A stretch of 64,000 nucleotides of DNA from an uncultured Oscillospiraceae bacterium (GCA_934589225.1 CAKTNS010000006.1:809-64808); one strand, 5' to 3'; positions 1 through 10,282 are shown, numbered from the stretch's first letter. Numbers and translations are program-made. The notes: generated from the sequence alone by a model not told the origin.

Positions 1-1
1 G

Positions 2-166
2 TGGGAACGTCTGCGGTATCGGGTGGTAGGGACGAAGATCATTGAACCCCACGAGATTGAAAACATCCTTATTCAGCCGGGACGGGATATGGTGACACTG
101 CTCACCTGCCACCCTTATGCAAGCGGCGGCAAACAACGCTATGTTGTTTACTGTGAACGAAAATAG
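2..166 (+). CDS. Sortase, C-terminal fragment (5' end outside the window)
   Basis: Translation ...QPGRDMVTLLTCHPYASGGKQRYVVYCERK* contains the TLxTC active-site Cys motif of sortases. Confidence 0.7.
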   Translation, partial: WERLRYRVVGTKIIEPHEIENILIQPGRDMVTLLTCHPYASGGKQRYVVYCERK

Positions 167-207
167 TATTGGAATGTAGATAAGGGCTTCCTTTCAAGGA
201 ACCTGTG

Positions 208-216
208 TGGTATAAT
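208..216 (+). promoter_or_regulatory. Extended -10 promoter element (TGgTATAAT)
   Basis: tggtataat at 208-216, followed by RBS GGAGGG (232-237) and ATG at 241. Confidence 0.5.
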
Positions 217-240
217 GATTTTATATTGCTCTGGAGGGAT

Positions 241-1173
241 ATGCCCTTGGAAAAGAAACGGTTTGGATTATTTAGCGGTTTTGGTGTTTTGATTATTTGG
301 GGCATAATAGGTTCGGCGGTTCTAAGTATTATCGCTTCGTTCCTTTTCCACCCTAAATTTTTACTCAATGAAAACCAACTACTCTACCTTTTTTCTTCCA
401 TGGCTCAGATTATCGGCAGTGTATTTGGCCTTACATTAACCGCATATGTATTCTTTGTTGATAAATTCAGAGAATCAGCAAAAAATGATGACACTTATTA
501 TGATGCAACTATCTCGCTACTCAGGCAGTTTTTTAATACGCTTATTCTGATAGCAGTTATATGCGGATTAACAATTCTGACGTGTATTTTGGGAATTATT
601 TCCCTACACAACTGGACAACAGTATATCCTTTATTCATCAATGAAAGCGTATTACTTTTTGTTCTTGCTGTTGCTTCGATTTTACTGTTTGGTGTCATGC
701 TCTTAGATCCTGAGAAACTCGATAAAGAAATAAAAAGGCAAGCAGAGTCGCTTCACGGGCCAGAGAAAAATGATAGACTTGGAAACTTTACGGAATTTCT
801 TAGGTATTATAACTTATTACAGGAGGTCATTGTAAATTTCGCAAGCAGCCTAGTGTATAACAAAGAGGTAAGTAGTCAATTTTTCAGAGATTTTAAGCCT
901 CAGATCATTCAGTCGCTAAAAGTATTGAATGAGAAACAGATAATTAATGACTCTCTCTCGACGGAAATCAATGATTTCAGAATATACCGTAATGGATTAG
1001 TTCATGGCATAGATTTCACTATTCCTCAGAGCGCCTGCGACCGAGTTAAGGAAATCTATAATGCCATCAACAAAGTCTATGAAATCTATAAAAGCAACCC
1101 TAAAAGTACTGATGCATTGAATGGCGCCATTGAGGAAGTGCGTGACTTAGCCAAGAAATACGAAACATCTTAA
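241..1173 (+). CDS. Membrane-anchored protein with four predicted N-terminal TM helices and a C-terminal HEPN-like domain (Rx4H motif)
   Basis: Hydrophobic segments FGLFSGFGVLIIWGIIGSAVLSIIASFLF, LLYLFSSMAQIIGSVFGLTLTAYVFFV, FFNTLILIAVICGLTILTCILGIISL and SVLLFVLAVASILLFGVMLL. C-terminal FRIYRNGLVHG = R-x4-H. AT-rich ORF with its own RBS and terminator. Confidence 0.6.
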   Translation: MPLEKKRFGLFSGFGVLIIWGIIGSAVLSIIASFLFHPKFLLNENQLLYLFSSMAQIIGSVFGLTLTAYVFFVDKFRESAKNDDTYYDATISLLRQFFNTLILIAVICGLTILTCILGIISLHNWTTVYPLFINESVLLFVLAVASILLFGVMLLDPEKLDKEIKRQAESLHGPEKNDRLGNFTEFLRYYNLLQEVIVNFASSLVYNKEVSSQFFRDFKPQIIQSLKVLNEKQIINDSLSTEINDFRIYRNGLVHGIDFTIPQSACDRVKEIYNAINKVYEIYKSNPKSTDALNGAIEEVRDLAKKYETS

Positions 1174-1178
1174 TCTGC

Positions 1179-1206
1179 AAACCCACCTATTTAGGTGGGT
1201 TTTTTA
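1179..1206 (+). terminator. Rho-independent terminator
   Basis: acccacc-tattta-ggtgggt hairpin followed by ttttt. Confidence 0.8.
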
Positions 1207-1247
1207 CACCTAAAATCAGGAGGTGAATCAAGAAAATAAAAATTAAA

Positions 1248-2162
1248 TTGACTCACGTCAGCCTGTTCTCCGGCATCGGCGGCCTTGACCTGGCGGCGGA
1301 AGCCGCCGGGTTTGAAACCGTCTGCCAATGCGAATGGGCGGACTTTCCCTATTCTGTCCTGGAAACCAGGTGGCCCGATGTGCCCCGGTTCCGGGACATT
1401 ACTGCTTTCACGAAGGAGGCGTTCTTTGAACGAACTGGACTTGAAACCGTTACCGTTATCTCCGGGGGCTTTCCCTGCCAGCCCTTCTCCACAGCCGGAC
1501 GGCGAAAGGGCTTTGCGGATACCCGCTACCTGTGGCCGGAAATGTGCCGGGTCATTGCCGAACTGCGGCCCCATTGGGTGCTTGGGGAAAATGTTGCTGG
1601 CTTCCTCAATATGGGCCTCGACAAAACGATTTTTGACCTGGCAAAAGCGGGATACGCTGTTCTCCCATTCGTATTTCCGGCTTGCGGTGTCGGCGCGTGG
1701 CATGAGCGCCAGCGAACTTTTATCCTCGCGGCTGATGTTTCCTACACCCCTTGCCTCCGATTCAGCGACCAACCGGGACGCCCGAAACCTGGATGTGTTC
1801 CTGTCGGAGGGCGGGATCTTTCGCAAGCGGAACAGGAGCGGGGCCATCTGGAGCTTGAGCCTGTCGGCGGCGGTGTACTACCTGACTCCCAACGCCAGCC
1901 TGGGCGCAGCCCTGAACCCAGATTGGGTGGAATGGCTCATGGGCTTCCCCATCGGATGGACGGACGTATCCTCTGGGCCAAAGAGCCGGAGGGAATCCCC
2001 CGCATGACTGATCGCATGGAGAACCGGGTGCTGCGGCTGAAAACTCTGGGCAACGCCGTCTGCCCACCCCAGGCGTATCCCATTTTCCACTATATTTCCC
2101 AAATTGAACGAGGGCTGTGCGGCGACGAGTGCCCTTACGGGAAAGCAGGTGAGCAGCCATAG
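1248..2162 (+). CDS. DNA (cytosine-5)-methyltransferase. The central segment is probably read out of frame (see findings).
   Basis: LFSGIGGLDLA (motif I), GGFPCQPFS (motif IV), GENVAGF, ERQRTFILA (motif VIII), LGNAVCPPQA (motif X). MFPTP and NPDWVEWLMGFPIGWTD lie in another frame (1285..2007). Confidence 0.8.
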   Translation: MTHVSLFSGIGGLDLAAEAAGFETVCQCEWADFPYSVLETRWPDVPRFRDITAFTKEAFFERTGLETVTVISGGFPCQPFSTAGRRKGFADTRYLWPEMCRVIAELRPHWVLGENVAGFLNMGLDKTIFDLAKAGYAVLPFVFPACGVGAWHERQRTFILAADVSYTPCLRFSDQPGRPKPGCVPVGGRDLSQAEQERGHLELEPVGGGVLPDSQRQPGRSPEPRLGGMAHGLPHRMDGRILWAKEPEGIPRMTDRMENRVLRLKTLGNAVCPPQAYPIFHYISQIERGLCGDECPYGKAGEQP

Positions 2163-2185
2163 ACCAGCGAAAGGCCCGGGCAAAG

Positions 2186-4060
2186 GTGGTCCAGAAGATG
2201 ACCAAAGACGGCGCGGTAGCAGAAAATCTATCCACAGGAGAAGTGGAACATATCAGCGGCAGAACGCCGGAAATGGACGTTGGGAGCGAAAAGCACCAGT
2301 CCTCCCGGCTCCAATTTTCACAGGAGGATTTGGAGAATCCGGCGCTGGCGGATTCCATTCACCGCTCCAACGCCGCGGCGGACAGACTGGACGCGGCCAA
2401 GGAGAATATCCCGAAACAGCGGAAAAAGGTAAGGCAGCGGATCTATGACGAAGCTGCCGGAAAGGCGAAAACCGTGTCTGTCTATCAGGAGGTGGACAGG
2501 CGGCCCAATAGTAAGCTGCGGCATGACCCGCTCCGTATGCCTTTACAGCGGTTGGAGCAGGAAATCCACAACGAAGTTCACAAGGTAGAACAGGAAAATG
2601 TGGGTGTGGCGGCTGGACATAAAGGTGAGGAGCTGGCGGAGCGTGGACTGCGATTGGGAGAACACGGTGTACGGCAGGCGGTAGAACATCAGCGACAAAA
2701 GCCATGGCGGGATGTAGAGAAAGCCCAGCGAGCCTTTGACCGGACCAATGCGGATTTTACCTACCAGAAAGCGGTACAGGAGAATCCCGGCATTTCCGGT
2801 TCTAACCCCGTTTCCCGGTATTTGCAGAAAAAGCGCATTCAGCGCCGGTATGCCCAGCAGATGCGGCAGACACAGCGGACAGCGGAGGCTACCGGGCATG
2901 GTGTCAGCAGTATAAAGAGTTTCCTACAGGAATTTGCCCAGAAAGTCAGGCAATCCAAAGGGTATCTGGTGGTTATTCTGGGTATCGGGGTACTGCTGGT
3001 GTTCCTGATCGGCAGTGTTTCCTCCTGTTCCGTAATGGCCGGTTCCAGCATCAGCAGCTTTGTGAGTACGTCCTACCTGTCAGAGGACAAGGATATGCTG
3101 GATGCTGAAAGCGCTTACTGTGCCATGGAGGCGGAATTACAGAACAGATTACAGAATTACGAAAGCACCCACAGCTATGATGAATACCACTTTGAGCTGG
3201 ACACCATCGAACATGACCCCTATGTGCTGATCTCCCTTCTCTCCGCGCTCCACGATGGGCTCTTTACCATAGACCAGGTGCAAGGCGACTTAAACCGCCT
3301 GTTCGGTCTGCAATACATCCTGACGGAAACTGTGGAAAGTGAAACCCGCTACCGCACAGAAACGGAAATTGAACAGCGGCCCATGCGCGACCCGAAAACT
3401 GGAAAGGTGCTGCTGGACAAGAAGGGCCAACCCATCATGGAGGATTACGAGGTGGAAGTGGAGGTGCCTTATACCTACACCATCTGCACCGTGACCCTAA
3501 AAAACCGGAACCTCTCCCATATTCCCGTGGAGATTCTGGGAGAGGATGGGTTGAACATGTATGCTGCCTATATGGCAACCCTGGGCAACCGGAAAGATTT
3601 ATTTCCCAATTCATCCTATGTAGGCAAATATTCCGAGACACCGCCCAAGTACGAGATCCCCAGTGAGGTGCTGGCGGACGAAACTTTTTCCGCGCTCATT
3701 ACGGAGGCAGAAAAGTATATTGGGATGCCTTACGTCTGGGGCGGCAGCAATCCCAACACCTCTTTCGACTGCTCCGGCTTTATCTGCTGGTCCATGGGAA
3801 ACAGTGGCGTGTGGAATGTGGGGCGCACCAGCGCCCAGGGCCTATATAACCTGTGTACCCCCGTAGCCAAGTCCAACGCCCAGCCCGGCGACCTTATCTT
3901 TTTCAAGGGCACCTACGATACCCCCGGCATCTCCCATGTGGGGCTGTATGTGGGTGCCGGGAAAATGCTGCATTGCGGAGATCCCATCCGCTATGTGGAT
4001 ATCAATACGGCTTACTGGCAGGCGCACTTTTACGCCTTTGCCAGACCACCCTATCAATAA
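2186..4060 (+). CDS. Conjugative-element cell-wall hydrolase with a C-terminal NlpC/P60 domain and a central TM segment
   Basis: C-terminus YIGMPYVWGGSNPNTSFDCSGFICW...GISHVGLYVG is an NlpC/P60 Cys-His signature. One TM helix (LVVILGIGVLLVFLIGSV). The start could be ATG at 2198. Confidence 0.8.
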   Translation: MVQKMTKDGAVAENLSTGEVEHISGRTPEMDVGSEKHQSSRLQFSQEDLENPALADSIHRSNAAADRLDAAKENIPKQRKKVRQRIYDEAAGKAKTVSVYQEVDRRPNSKLRHDPLRMPLQRLEQEIHNEVHKVEQENVGVAAGHKGEELAERGLRLGEHGVRQAVEHQRQKPWRDVEKAQRAFDRTNADFTYQKAVQENPGISGSNPVSRYLQKKRIQRRYAQQMRQTQRTAEATGHGVSSIKSFLQEFAQKVRQSKGYLVVILGIGVLLVFLIGSVSSCSVMAGSSISSFVSTSYLSEDKDMLDAESAYCAMEAELQNRLQNYESTHSYDEYHFELDTIEHDPYVLISLLSALHDGLFTIDQVQGDLNRLFGLQYILTETVESETRYRTETEIEQRPMRDPKTGKVLLDKKGQPIMEDYEVEVEVPYTYTICTVTLKNRNLSHIPVEILGEDGLNMYAAYMATLGNRKDLFPNSSYVGKYSETPPKYEIPSEVLADETFSALITEAEKYIGMPYVWGGSNPNTSFDCSGFICWSMGNSGVWNVGRTSAQGLYNLCTPVAKSNAQPGDLIFFKGTYDTPGISHVGLYVGAGKMLHCGDPIRYVDINTAYWQAHFYAFARPPYQ

Positions 4061-4075
4061 AATGGAGGATATTTA

Positions 4076-4351
4076 ATGGCAACAACTGACAAGATCCGAA
4101 AGGATATCGCAAAGACCAAGGAGAAAATTTCCCAGCTTCAGACGAAGCTCCGCACCCTGGAAACTCAGCTGACGGAGGAGGAAAATCTGGAAATCGTCCG
4201 CATGGTAAAAGCGGTGAAGATGGACAACCGGGAGCTGACGGCATTCCTGCGGGCCTACGCCAGCGGGCAGATCGTCCTGCCCGAGGAAATGCGGGCGGCG
4301 CTGGAACAGGAGGATGACACGGATATGGAGGGCAGCGAGGATGAAGTCTAA
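4076..4351 (+). CDS. Small coiled-coil ICE protein (DUF4315-like)
   Basis: [46 protein letters not shown], a heptad-rich 91-aa protein in the position typical of this ICE family. Confidence 0.6.
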   Translation: MATTDKIRKDIAKTKEKISQLQTKLRTLETQLTEEENLEIVRMVKAVKMDNRELTAFLRAYASGQIVLPEEMRAALEQEDDTDMEGSEDEV

Positions 4352-4997
4352 AGCATTTCGGCTTTTAAGTGTGTTCCTTATGACGGTATTGCTGATTACC
4401 AGTCTTTCCGTGACGGCCTTCGCCACTGGGGATGATCCCAGCGGCGATTCGGAGATTTCGGGGCCGGAACACAAGGACAATGTGCTGGCCCCGGATGGCA
4501 ACATGACCATTGTGGATGACATTCACGGGGATGCGGACAAGCAGTTCATCACTGTCAAATCCAAGGGCGGCCATTATTTCTACATCATCATTGACCGGGC
4601 GGCCAGCGGCGAAAATACTGTCCACTTTCTGAATCAGGTGGACGAAGCGGATCTGCTGGACCTGATCGACGAGGAACAGCTGCCCACAACGCCCATTGTC
4701 TGCTCCTGTACCGAAAAATGCACGGCTGGGAATATCAATACATCCTGTGAGCTGTGCATGACCAGCATGACAAAGTGTGCCGGTAAGGAGACGAAGCCGG
4801 CGGCCACGGAGCCTGTCCAGCAGAAGGACTATTCCGTCGGAAGCACCCTATTTATGCTGGCGCTCCTCCTGACCGTGGGCGGCGGTGCCGGGTACTATTT
4901 CGTGGTAGTGAAGCCCAAGCAGAAAAAGAATGTCCCTTCGGATCTGGACGATTTTGATTTGGAGGACGAAGAATATCTGAATGAGGACGAGGAATGA
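4341..4997 (+). CDS. ICE surface/membrane protein (DUF4366-like) with a signal peptide and a C-terminal TM anchor
   Basis: N-terminal [39 protein letters not shown] core. C-terminal [23 protein letters not shown]. The start overlaps the upstream stop. Confidence 0.6.
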   Translation: MKSKAFRLLSVFLMTVLLITSLSVTAFATGDDPSGDSEISGPEHKDNVLAPDGNMTIVDDIHGDADKQFITVKSKGGHYFYIIIDRAASGENTVHFLNQVDEADLLDLIDEEQLPTTPIVCSCTEKCTAGNINTSCELCMTSMTKCAGKETKPAATEPVQQKDYSVGSTLFMLALLLTVGGGAGYYFVVVKPKQKKNVPSDLDDFDLEDEEYLNEDEE

Positions 4998-7063
4998 AAC
5001 TGATTATCGCTGAAAAAAGAAGCGTCGCCGCTTCCATTGCGTCAGCCCTGGGTGTTACATCCAGGGCTGACGGCTTTTATGAGGGAAACAATCTGCTGGT
5101 TTCCTGGTGCGTCGGCCACCTGGTATCCCCCATGGATGCCGCCGGGTATGATCCCAGTTTCCGAAAATGGCATTTTGAGGACCTGCCCATCCTGCCGGAG
5201 CTATTCCGCTATGTGCTGGCTCCCGGCAAGGAGGCCGCCTTTGAAAATCTCCGTGCCCTTATGGATCGTCCTGACGTAGACACCATCGTCAACGCCTGCG
5301 ACGCTGGCCGGGAGGGGGAGCTTATTTTTCGGCTGGTATATGAAATGGCTGGGTGCCGCAAGCCGATTCTTCGTCTCTGGATCTCCTCCATGGAGGATAA
5401 TGCGATCCGGGAGGGCTTTTCAGGCCTGCGCCCCGGTACGGACTATGAAACTCTGTACCAGAGCGCCCTTTGCCGCCAGAAAGCGGATTGGCTGGTAGGC
5501 ATCAACGCTACTCGGCTGTTCTCCGTCCTCTACCACCGCACCTTGAATGTTGGCCGGGTGCAGACACCTACCCTGGCAATGCTTGTGGAACGGGAACGGA
5601 AAATCTCTCAATTCCAGAAGGAGAAATACTATGTTCTGCGGCTGGAAGTAAACGGCACCGAAGCGGTGTCGGAAAAGTTTCCCGACTCTACGGAAGCGGA
5701 GCGGGCAGCGGCAGCCTGCAAGGAGGCCGCCGTTCTCTGTACCTCCGTCACACGAGAACAGAAGAAGAAACAGCCCCCGAAGCTCTACGACCTCACCACC
5801 TTGCAGCGAGAGGCGAACCGGCTGTTGGGGTATACCGCAAAGCAGACATTGGACTATGCCCAGAGCCTCTATGAGAAGAAACTGTTGACTTACCCACGGA
5901 CGGACAGCCGGTATCTGACCTCCGATATGGCGGAAATGGCCTCCTGTGTCCTGCATCTGGCGGCCAGGGTGCCGCCATTCGATACCTGCAAGGATTTCTT
6001 CCCGGATGTATTGTCGCTTGTTTCTGACAAGGATGTATCTGACCACCACGCCATCATCCCCACAATGGAGATAGAACAGGCAGACCTTCACGCCCTGCCT
6101 GTGGGAGAACGGAACCTTCTGCTTCTGGTCTGCTGCAAACTATTGTGCGCGGCGGCAGAGCCCTATGTGTATGAGGCTGTCACGGCAACCTTTGACTGCG
6201 CCGGACAGTCCTTTACCGCAAAGGGCAAGCGGATTCTTTCCGAGGGTTGGCAAGATATTGATCAGACTTTCCATACATTCTTGAAAGAAGCACCGGAGGA
6301 AGCAACGGCATTCCCTTACTTTTCAGAGGGGAGCATCTACGAGGTAGCTGCCCCAACTGTAGTAGAACGGTTCACACAACCGCCGAAACCCTACACCGAA
6401 GATACCCTCCTGTCAGCCATGGAAAACGCAGGAAAAGAGGACATCCCGGAGGATGCCGAACGGAAGGGCCTGGGCACTCCCGCTACCAGGGCGGCAATCA
6501 TCGAAAAGCTGGTGGCCGCTGGCTTTGTGGAACGCAAGGGCAAGAGTTTGATTCCTACCCAGGACGGCATCAACCTGATCTCCATTCTCCCGGAGTCACT
6601 GACCTCTCCCATGCTGACAGCCGAATGGGAACAGCAACTTACGGAGATCGCCAGGGGGTCTACCTCCCCGGATACCTTTCTGGATAGTATCCGAGATATG
6701 GTACAAACCCTTGTTTCCGACCATGCCCAGGTATCCGAGGAAGGCCGGACGCTGTTTGCCCCGGAGCGGGAAAACGTGGGTGTCTGCCCCCGCTGTGGGA
6801 AGCCCGTCTATGAGGGCAAGAAGAACTTTGCCTGTTCGGACCGGAGCTGCAGCTTTGTTCTCTGGAAAGAAGACCGGTTCTGGACTTCCCGGAAAAAGGT
6901 GCTGACCGCCAAAATGGCGGCTGACCTTCTGAAAAAGGGGCGGGTTCTGGTGAAGGGCATGTGGTCCGAAAAGAAGGGTATCTCCTACGATGCCGCAGTG
7001 CTGCTTGATGACACCGGCGAAAAATATGTTCACTACAAGCTGGAATTTCAAAAGAAAACATAA
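4994..7063 (+). CDS. topB: DNA topoisomerase III (type IA)
   Basis: [12 protein letters not shown] Toprim start, YPRTDSRYL active-site Tyr motif, C-terminal zinc-ribbon [22 protein letters not shown]. Confidence 0.9.
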   Translation: MKLIIAEKRSVAASIASALGVTSRADGFYEGNNLLVSWCVGHLVSPMDAAGYDPSFRKWHFEDLPILPELFRYVLAPGKEAAFENLRALMDRPDVDTIVNACDAGREGELIFRLVYEMAGCRKPILRLWISSMEDNAIREGFSGLRPGTDYETLYQSALCRQKADWLVGINATRLFSVLYHRTLNVGRVQTPTLAMLVERERKISQFQKEKYYVLRLEVNGTEAVSEKFPDSTEAERAAAACKEAAVLCTSVTREQKKKQPPKLYDLTTLQREANRLLGYTAKQTLDYAQSLYEKKLLTYPRTDSRYLTSDMAEMASCVLHLAARVPPFDTCKDFFPDVLSLVSDKDVSDHHAIIPTMEIEQADLHALPVGERNLLLLVCCKLLCAAAEPYVYEAVTATFDCAGQSFTAKGKRILSEGWQDIDQTFHTFLKEAPEEATAFPYFSEGSIYEVAAPTVVERFTQPPKPYTEDTLLSAMENAGKEDIPEDAERKGLGTPATRAAIIEKLVAAGFVERKGKSLIPTQDGINLISILPESLTSPMLTAEWEQQLTEIARGSTSPDTFLDSIRDMVQTLVSDHAQVSEEGRTLFAPERENVGVCPRCGKPVYEGKKNFACSDRSCSFVLWKEDRFWTSRKKVLTAKMAADLLKKGRVLVKGMWSEKKGISYDAAVLLDDTGEKYVHYKLEFQKKT

Positions 7064-7075
7064 GGAGGTCACGAT

Positions 7076-8494
7076 TTGGAAAAACGGTATGATGGGTCTC
7101 TTTTCCCCATTTCTGTCCGCATTGTCAACAAAGAGGAGCCGGAGCGGGAGCAGTGGTTGGAGCTGCCCACCACACAGCAGGCACTTCGGGAGCTGCTACA
7201 AAACATCGGCGGGGACCGGCAGGGCTGGTATCTGGGTGAGGTGGACTGCCACCTTTACAACGCCGCCGCTGTGGAGGACTGTACGGATATCAACGAACTA
7301 AACTACCTGGCGGCTGCCCTGGAAGCTCTGACGGACGGGGAATTCGGTTCCTACCAGGCCATTGTGGATACGGGCCGTCACTGTGACACCATCCAGGATC
7401 TGATCAACCTGACGGAGAATCTGGATTGCTACGATATTGCGCCGAACATCCAGGACTATGAGGATCTGGCCCAATACGTCCTCCACGAGCGGGACACCTA
7501 CGACTATTCCACCCTCCGAGCCTTGGAGGACTACATTGACTATGAGGCGTTTGGGCGGGACGTTGCGGAATCCGAGGGCGGTTCCATTGAGGACGATTGC
7601 TATATCTCTCCCACCAACTCCCCATTTGCGGAGTTTTACGACGGCAAACCGGAGACGATCCCGGCAGGTTACGTCGTGTTTACCCCGGAGCTGCTTTTGC
7701 TGACCGACGAGGAAAAGAAGGATTGGGCGGAGGACCTGGCAGTTCAGTTTGACAGCTTCTTTCGGGATTTTGACAGGGGGTATGCCGAAAAGTACCCAGA
7801 GAAACGGTCCCAGGTGGCAGCCTTCTATGACTGGCTGACGGATGGCAAGGTTGCTTTCCTGGAATCCAGGCTGAAGGACCTGGGCCAGACGGAACAGGAT
7901 GCCCTCTACTCTGACCTGCAGGACTACAAAAAGCTCACCGCCTACGACCCTGCCCTGGATGACCTGCCCAATACCATCCAGATCCTTGTGGTGGAGCCAC
8001 GGAAAGCCCCCTGCCTGCGGGAAGTGGAAGAAAGCGATTTCCATAGCATTCTGGGCGGCGATTACTCCGTTACCCACCCATTCGGGCCAGAGGTGGCCTT
8101 GCTATGCCGGGAGGGTGGCAGAGAATCCGGTCTGGAATGGAACCGAGCCTTATACAATGGCCGGGGCCAGGTCTATGATGTGATTGCCGGAACATTCCTG
8201 GTTGCCGGCATGGACGGGGACAAAATCGTTTCTTTGCCGGATGACCTGGTGAATAAGTACAGTCGCCGTTTCCAGACCATTGAGGTCTACGCCCAGGTCG
8301 GGGAGCGTACCGTCATGTTCCAGGTGCCCCAGGATAATTTGGCAGACCTGTCAAATCGGGATCTGGACAGTATTCTTCGGGCGAAGCTGGAAAAACGCCC
8401 CTCCCTCCGGGATAGGCTGAACGCCGCCAAGGAGGAATGCGCTGCCCTGGCGGCTCCGGAGAAGAACATCAGCCGCACCGGGCCAGAGCGGTAA
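7076..8494 (+). CDS. ArdA-like antirestriction domain fused to a DUF3846-like domain
   Basis: TTG start after AGGAGG. INELNYLAAALE...LINLTENLDCYD...YIDYEAFGRD (ArdA-like). ILVVEP...DVIAGTFLVAGMDG (DUF3846-like). Confidence 0.65.
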   Translation: MEKRYDGSLFPISVRIVNKEEPEREQWLELPTTQQALRELLQNIGGDRQGWYLGEVDCHLYNAAAVEDCTDINELNYLAAALEALTDGEFGSYQAIVDTGRHCDTIQDLINLTENLDCYDIAPNIQDYEDLAQYVLHERDTYDYSTLRALEDYIDYEAFGRDVAESEGGSIEDDCYISPTNSPFAEFYDGKPETIPAGYVVFTPELLLLTDEEKKDWAEDLAVQFDSFFRDFDRGYAEKYPEKRSQVAAFYDWLTDGKVAFLESRLKDLGQTEQDALYSDLQDYKKLTAYDPALDDLPNTIQILVVEPRKAPCLREVEESDFHSILGGDYSVTHPFGPEVALLCREGGRESGLEWNRALYNGRGQVYDVIAGTFLVAGMDGDKIVSLPDDLVNKYSRRFQTIEVYAQVGERTVMFQVPQDNLADLSNRDLDSILRAKLEKRPSLRDRLNAAKEECAALAAPEKNISRTGPER

Positions 8495-8506
8495 GGGGGC
8501 GGCAGG

Positions 8507-10282
8507 ATGCCAACATATGAATATAACCGGGATTATCCCTTTGCCGCTTTCATTACGAACCTCGGAAAATACAATGAGGGCGAGCTGATAGGCGAATGGG
8601 TGAAGTTCCCCACCACAGCGGAAGAAATCAAAGCCGCCATGGACAGTATCGGCATTGGACAAAAGGACGTTTTTGGATACGCCTATGAGGAATGGTTCAT
8701 TACAGACTACGACTGCTATGTGGACGGCCTGTACGACAAGCTGGGAGAATACGTCAATCTGGACGAACTGAACTATCTTGCTTCCAAGCTGGATGAAATG
8801 AGCCAGAGCGAGTACGAGCAGTTCCAGGCGGCTATGTCGGTGGGCGACCACGGCGGCAGCCTGCAGGATATGATAAACCTGACGGAGAATCTGAATTGCT
8901 ATGAGGTAAATCCCAATATCACCGACTATGACGATCTGGGCAGGTATTATATCAACGAACTGGAAGCTATGCAAGTACCGGAATACCTGGAAAACTACAT
9001 TGATTTTGAAGCCTATGGACGGGATGTGGCGTTGGATGAAGATGGTCAGTTCACCGACTATGGCTATGTCCGGGATACCGGGGATTCCTTCGTGGAGGTT
9101 TACGACGGGAACCCGGAGAATATCCCGGAGGAATATCGGGTCATGTCTGTTCCCGAAGAAGATCTTTCCAAAGAAGAAATTGAGGAGTGGGCCGCTGACA
9201 TTGCCCATGATATGGATGCCCTTTTCCGGCAGAAAGATCCCCAGTACGCCGCTGCTTTCCCAAATTCGCAAAAAGCGTGGCCGGATATCCAGGAAAAACT
9301 TCTGGCGGGACGAATCGCGGATTATAGCGAAAAGCTGGAAACCTTGGGGCAGAAGGCCACGGATTATCTCCCCTCCGAATTGGAGAAATTCAAGGAGGCC
9401 ACCGGCTACGAGGAATGGCTGGATTTTGACCCGGAAGCTGTCCGGGAAGGACTTGAAAACCCGGACAAATCCCGCATTGATGAAATGCTGGCCTTTGCGG
9501 AAAAAGCGGAGCGGGAATATGCCGCCGCGGCGGCAGTCTACGAGCAGACCCCAGCGGATATTGCGGAACAGGCCCGGGCTGTCTGCGGAGAGCCGGAGAA
9601 AATGGCTGTCCTAGTGGTGGAGCCGCTGAGGGAACCCTATGTGAAGGAAATCGCCTCTGGCTACAAATCCATGCAGGCGGAAGTAAATGGAACATTTCAG
9701 GCTGTGTATCCTTACACCGACCCTGTAGCACTGGTCTGCAATGACGAGGGAAAGCTAATGGGCATGGACCTGAACCGTGGCCTGCGGGACGATACCGACA
9801 GCCTCTATGACATTGTGGCCGGTACATTTCTGGTGGTCGGCCTAGGCGAGGAGAACTTTACGTCTCTGTCCCCGGAGCTGATCCAGAAGTACACGGAGCA
9901 GTTCCGAACGCCGGAGCTGTTCGTCCCCAGGAATGGCAAGCTGGTAGTGCTGCCCGTCCCGGAGCAGGCCCAGGAGAAAGCCTATCTCCCAGATAAATTT
10001 GAAACCGGAGGCCATGTGCAGACCCCCAGAGGGAATTTCTGCGTAACAGCTTTAAGCCAAAAGCAGATGGAGGCCCTGGGCTACGGTGTCCACCATCATT
10101 CCGATGACCGACGTTTCCTTATCATGGGCAACGGCACCCGGGCCTTTGCGGTGGCCGCTGACCCCAGAGATTTGGAACGCCCATCCATCCGGGACAGATT
10201 GGAAACAGCCCGGCAGGAGTGCGCCAAGCAGCCGGAGGTAGACGCTCCCAGCCGGGGCACACCGGAGCGGGAGGAACGATGA
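8507..10282 (+). CDS. Second, longer ArdA-like/DUF3846-like paralog
   Basis: FITNLGKYNEGELIGEWVKFP, LDELNYLASKLD, MINLTENLNCYE, YIDFEAYGRD, VLVVEP...DIVAGTFLVVGLG. Collinear with the upstream gene. Confidence 0.65.
   Translation: MPTYEYNRDYPFAAFITNLGKYNEGELIGEWVKFPTTAEEIKAAMDSIGIGQKDVFGYAYEEWFITDYDCYVDGLYDKLGEYVNLDELNYLASKLDEMSQSEYEQFQAAMSVGDHGGSLQDMINLTENLNCYEVNPNITDYDDLGRYYINELEAMQVPEYLENYIDFEAYGRDVALDEDGQFTDYGYVRDTGDSFVEVYDGNPENIPEEYRVMSVPEEDLSKEEIEEWAADIAHDMDALFRQKDPQYAAAFPNSQKAWPDIQEKLLAGRIADYSEKLETLGQKATDYLPSELEKFKEATGYEEWLDFDPEAVREGLENPDKSRIDEMLAFAEKAEREYAAAAAVYEQTPADIAEQARAVCGEPEKMAVLVVEPLREPYVKEIASGYKSMQAEVNGTFQAVYPYTDPVALVCNDEGKLMGMDLNRGLRDDTDSLYDIVAGTFLVVGLGEENFTSLSPELIQKYTEQFRTPELFVPRNGKLVVLPVPEQAQEKAYLPDKFETGGHVQTPRGNFCVTALSQKQMEALGYGVHHHSDDRRFLIMGNGTRAFAVAADPRDLERPSIRDRLETARQECAKQPEVDAPSRGTPEREER

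Noticed and set aside
8351-9271. 306-codon minus-strand ORF, plus 228-codon (8928..9614, plus strand) and 145-codon (9390..9827, minus strand) alternative-frame ORFs inside the second ArdA-like gene.
   Set aside because: The annotated frame shows collinear similarity to the neighbouring paralog. The alternative frames are low-complexity.
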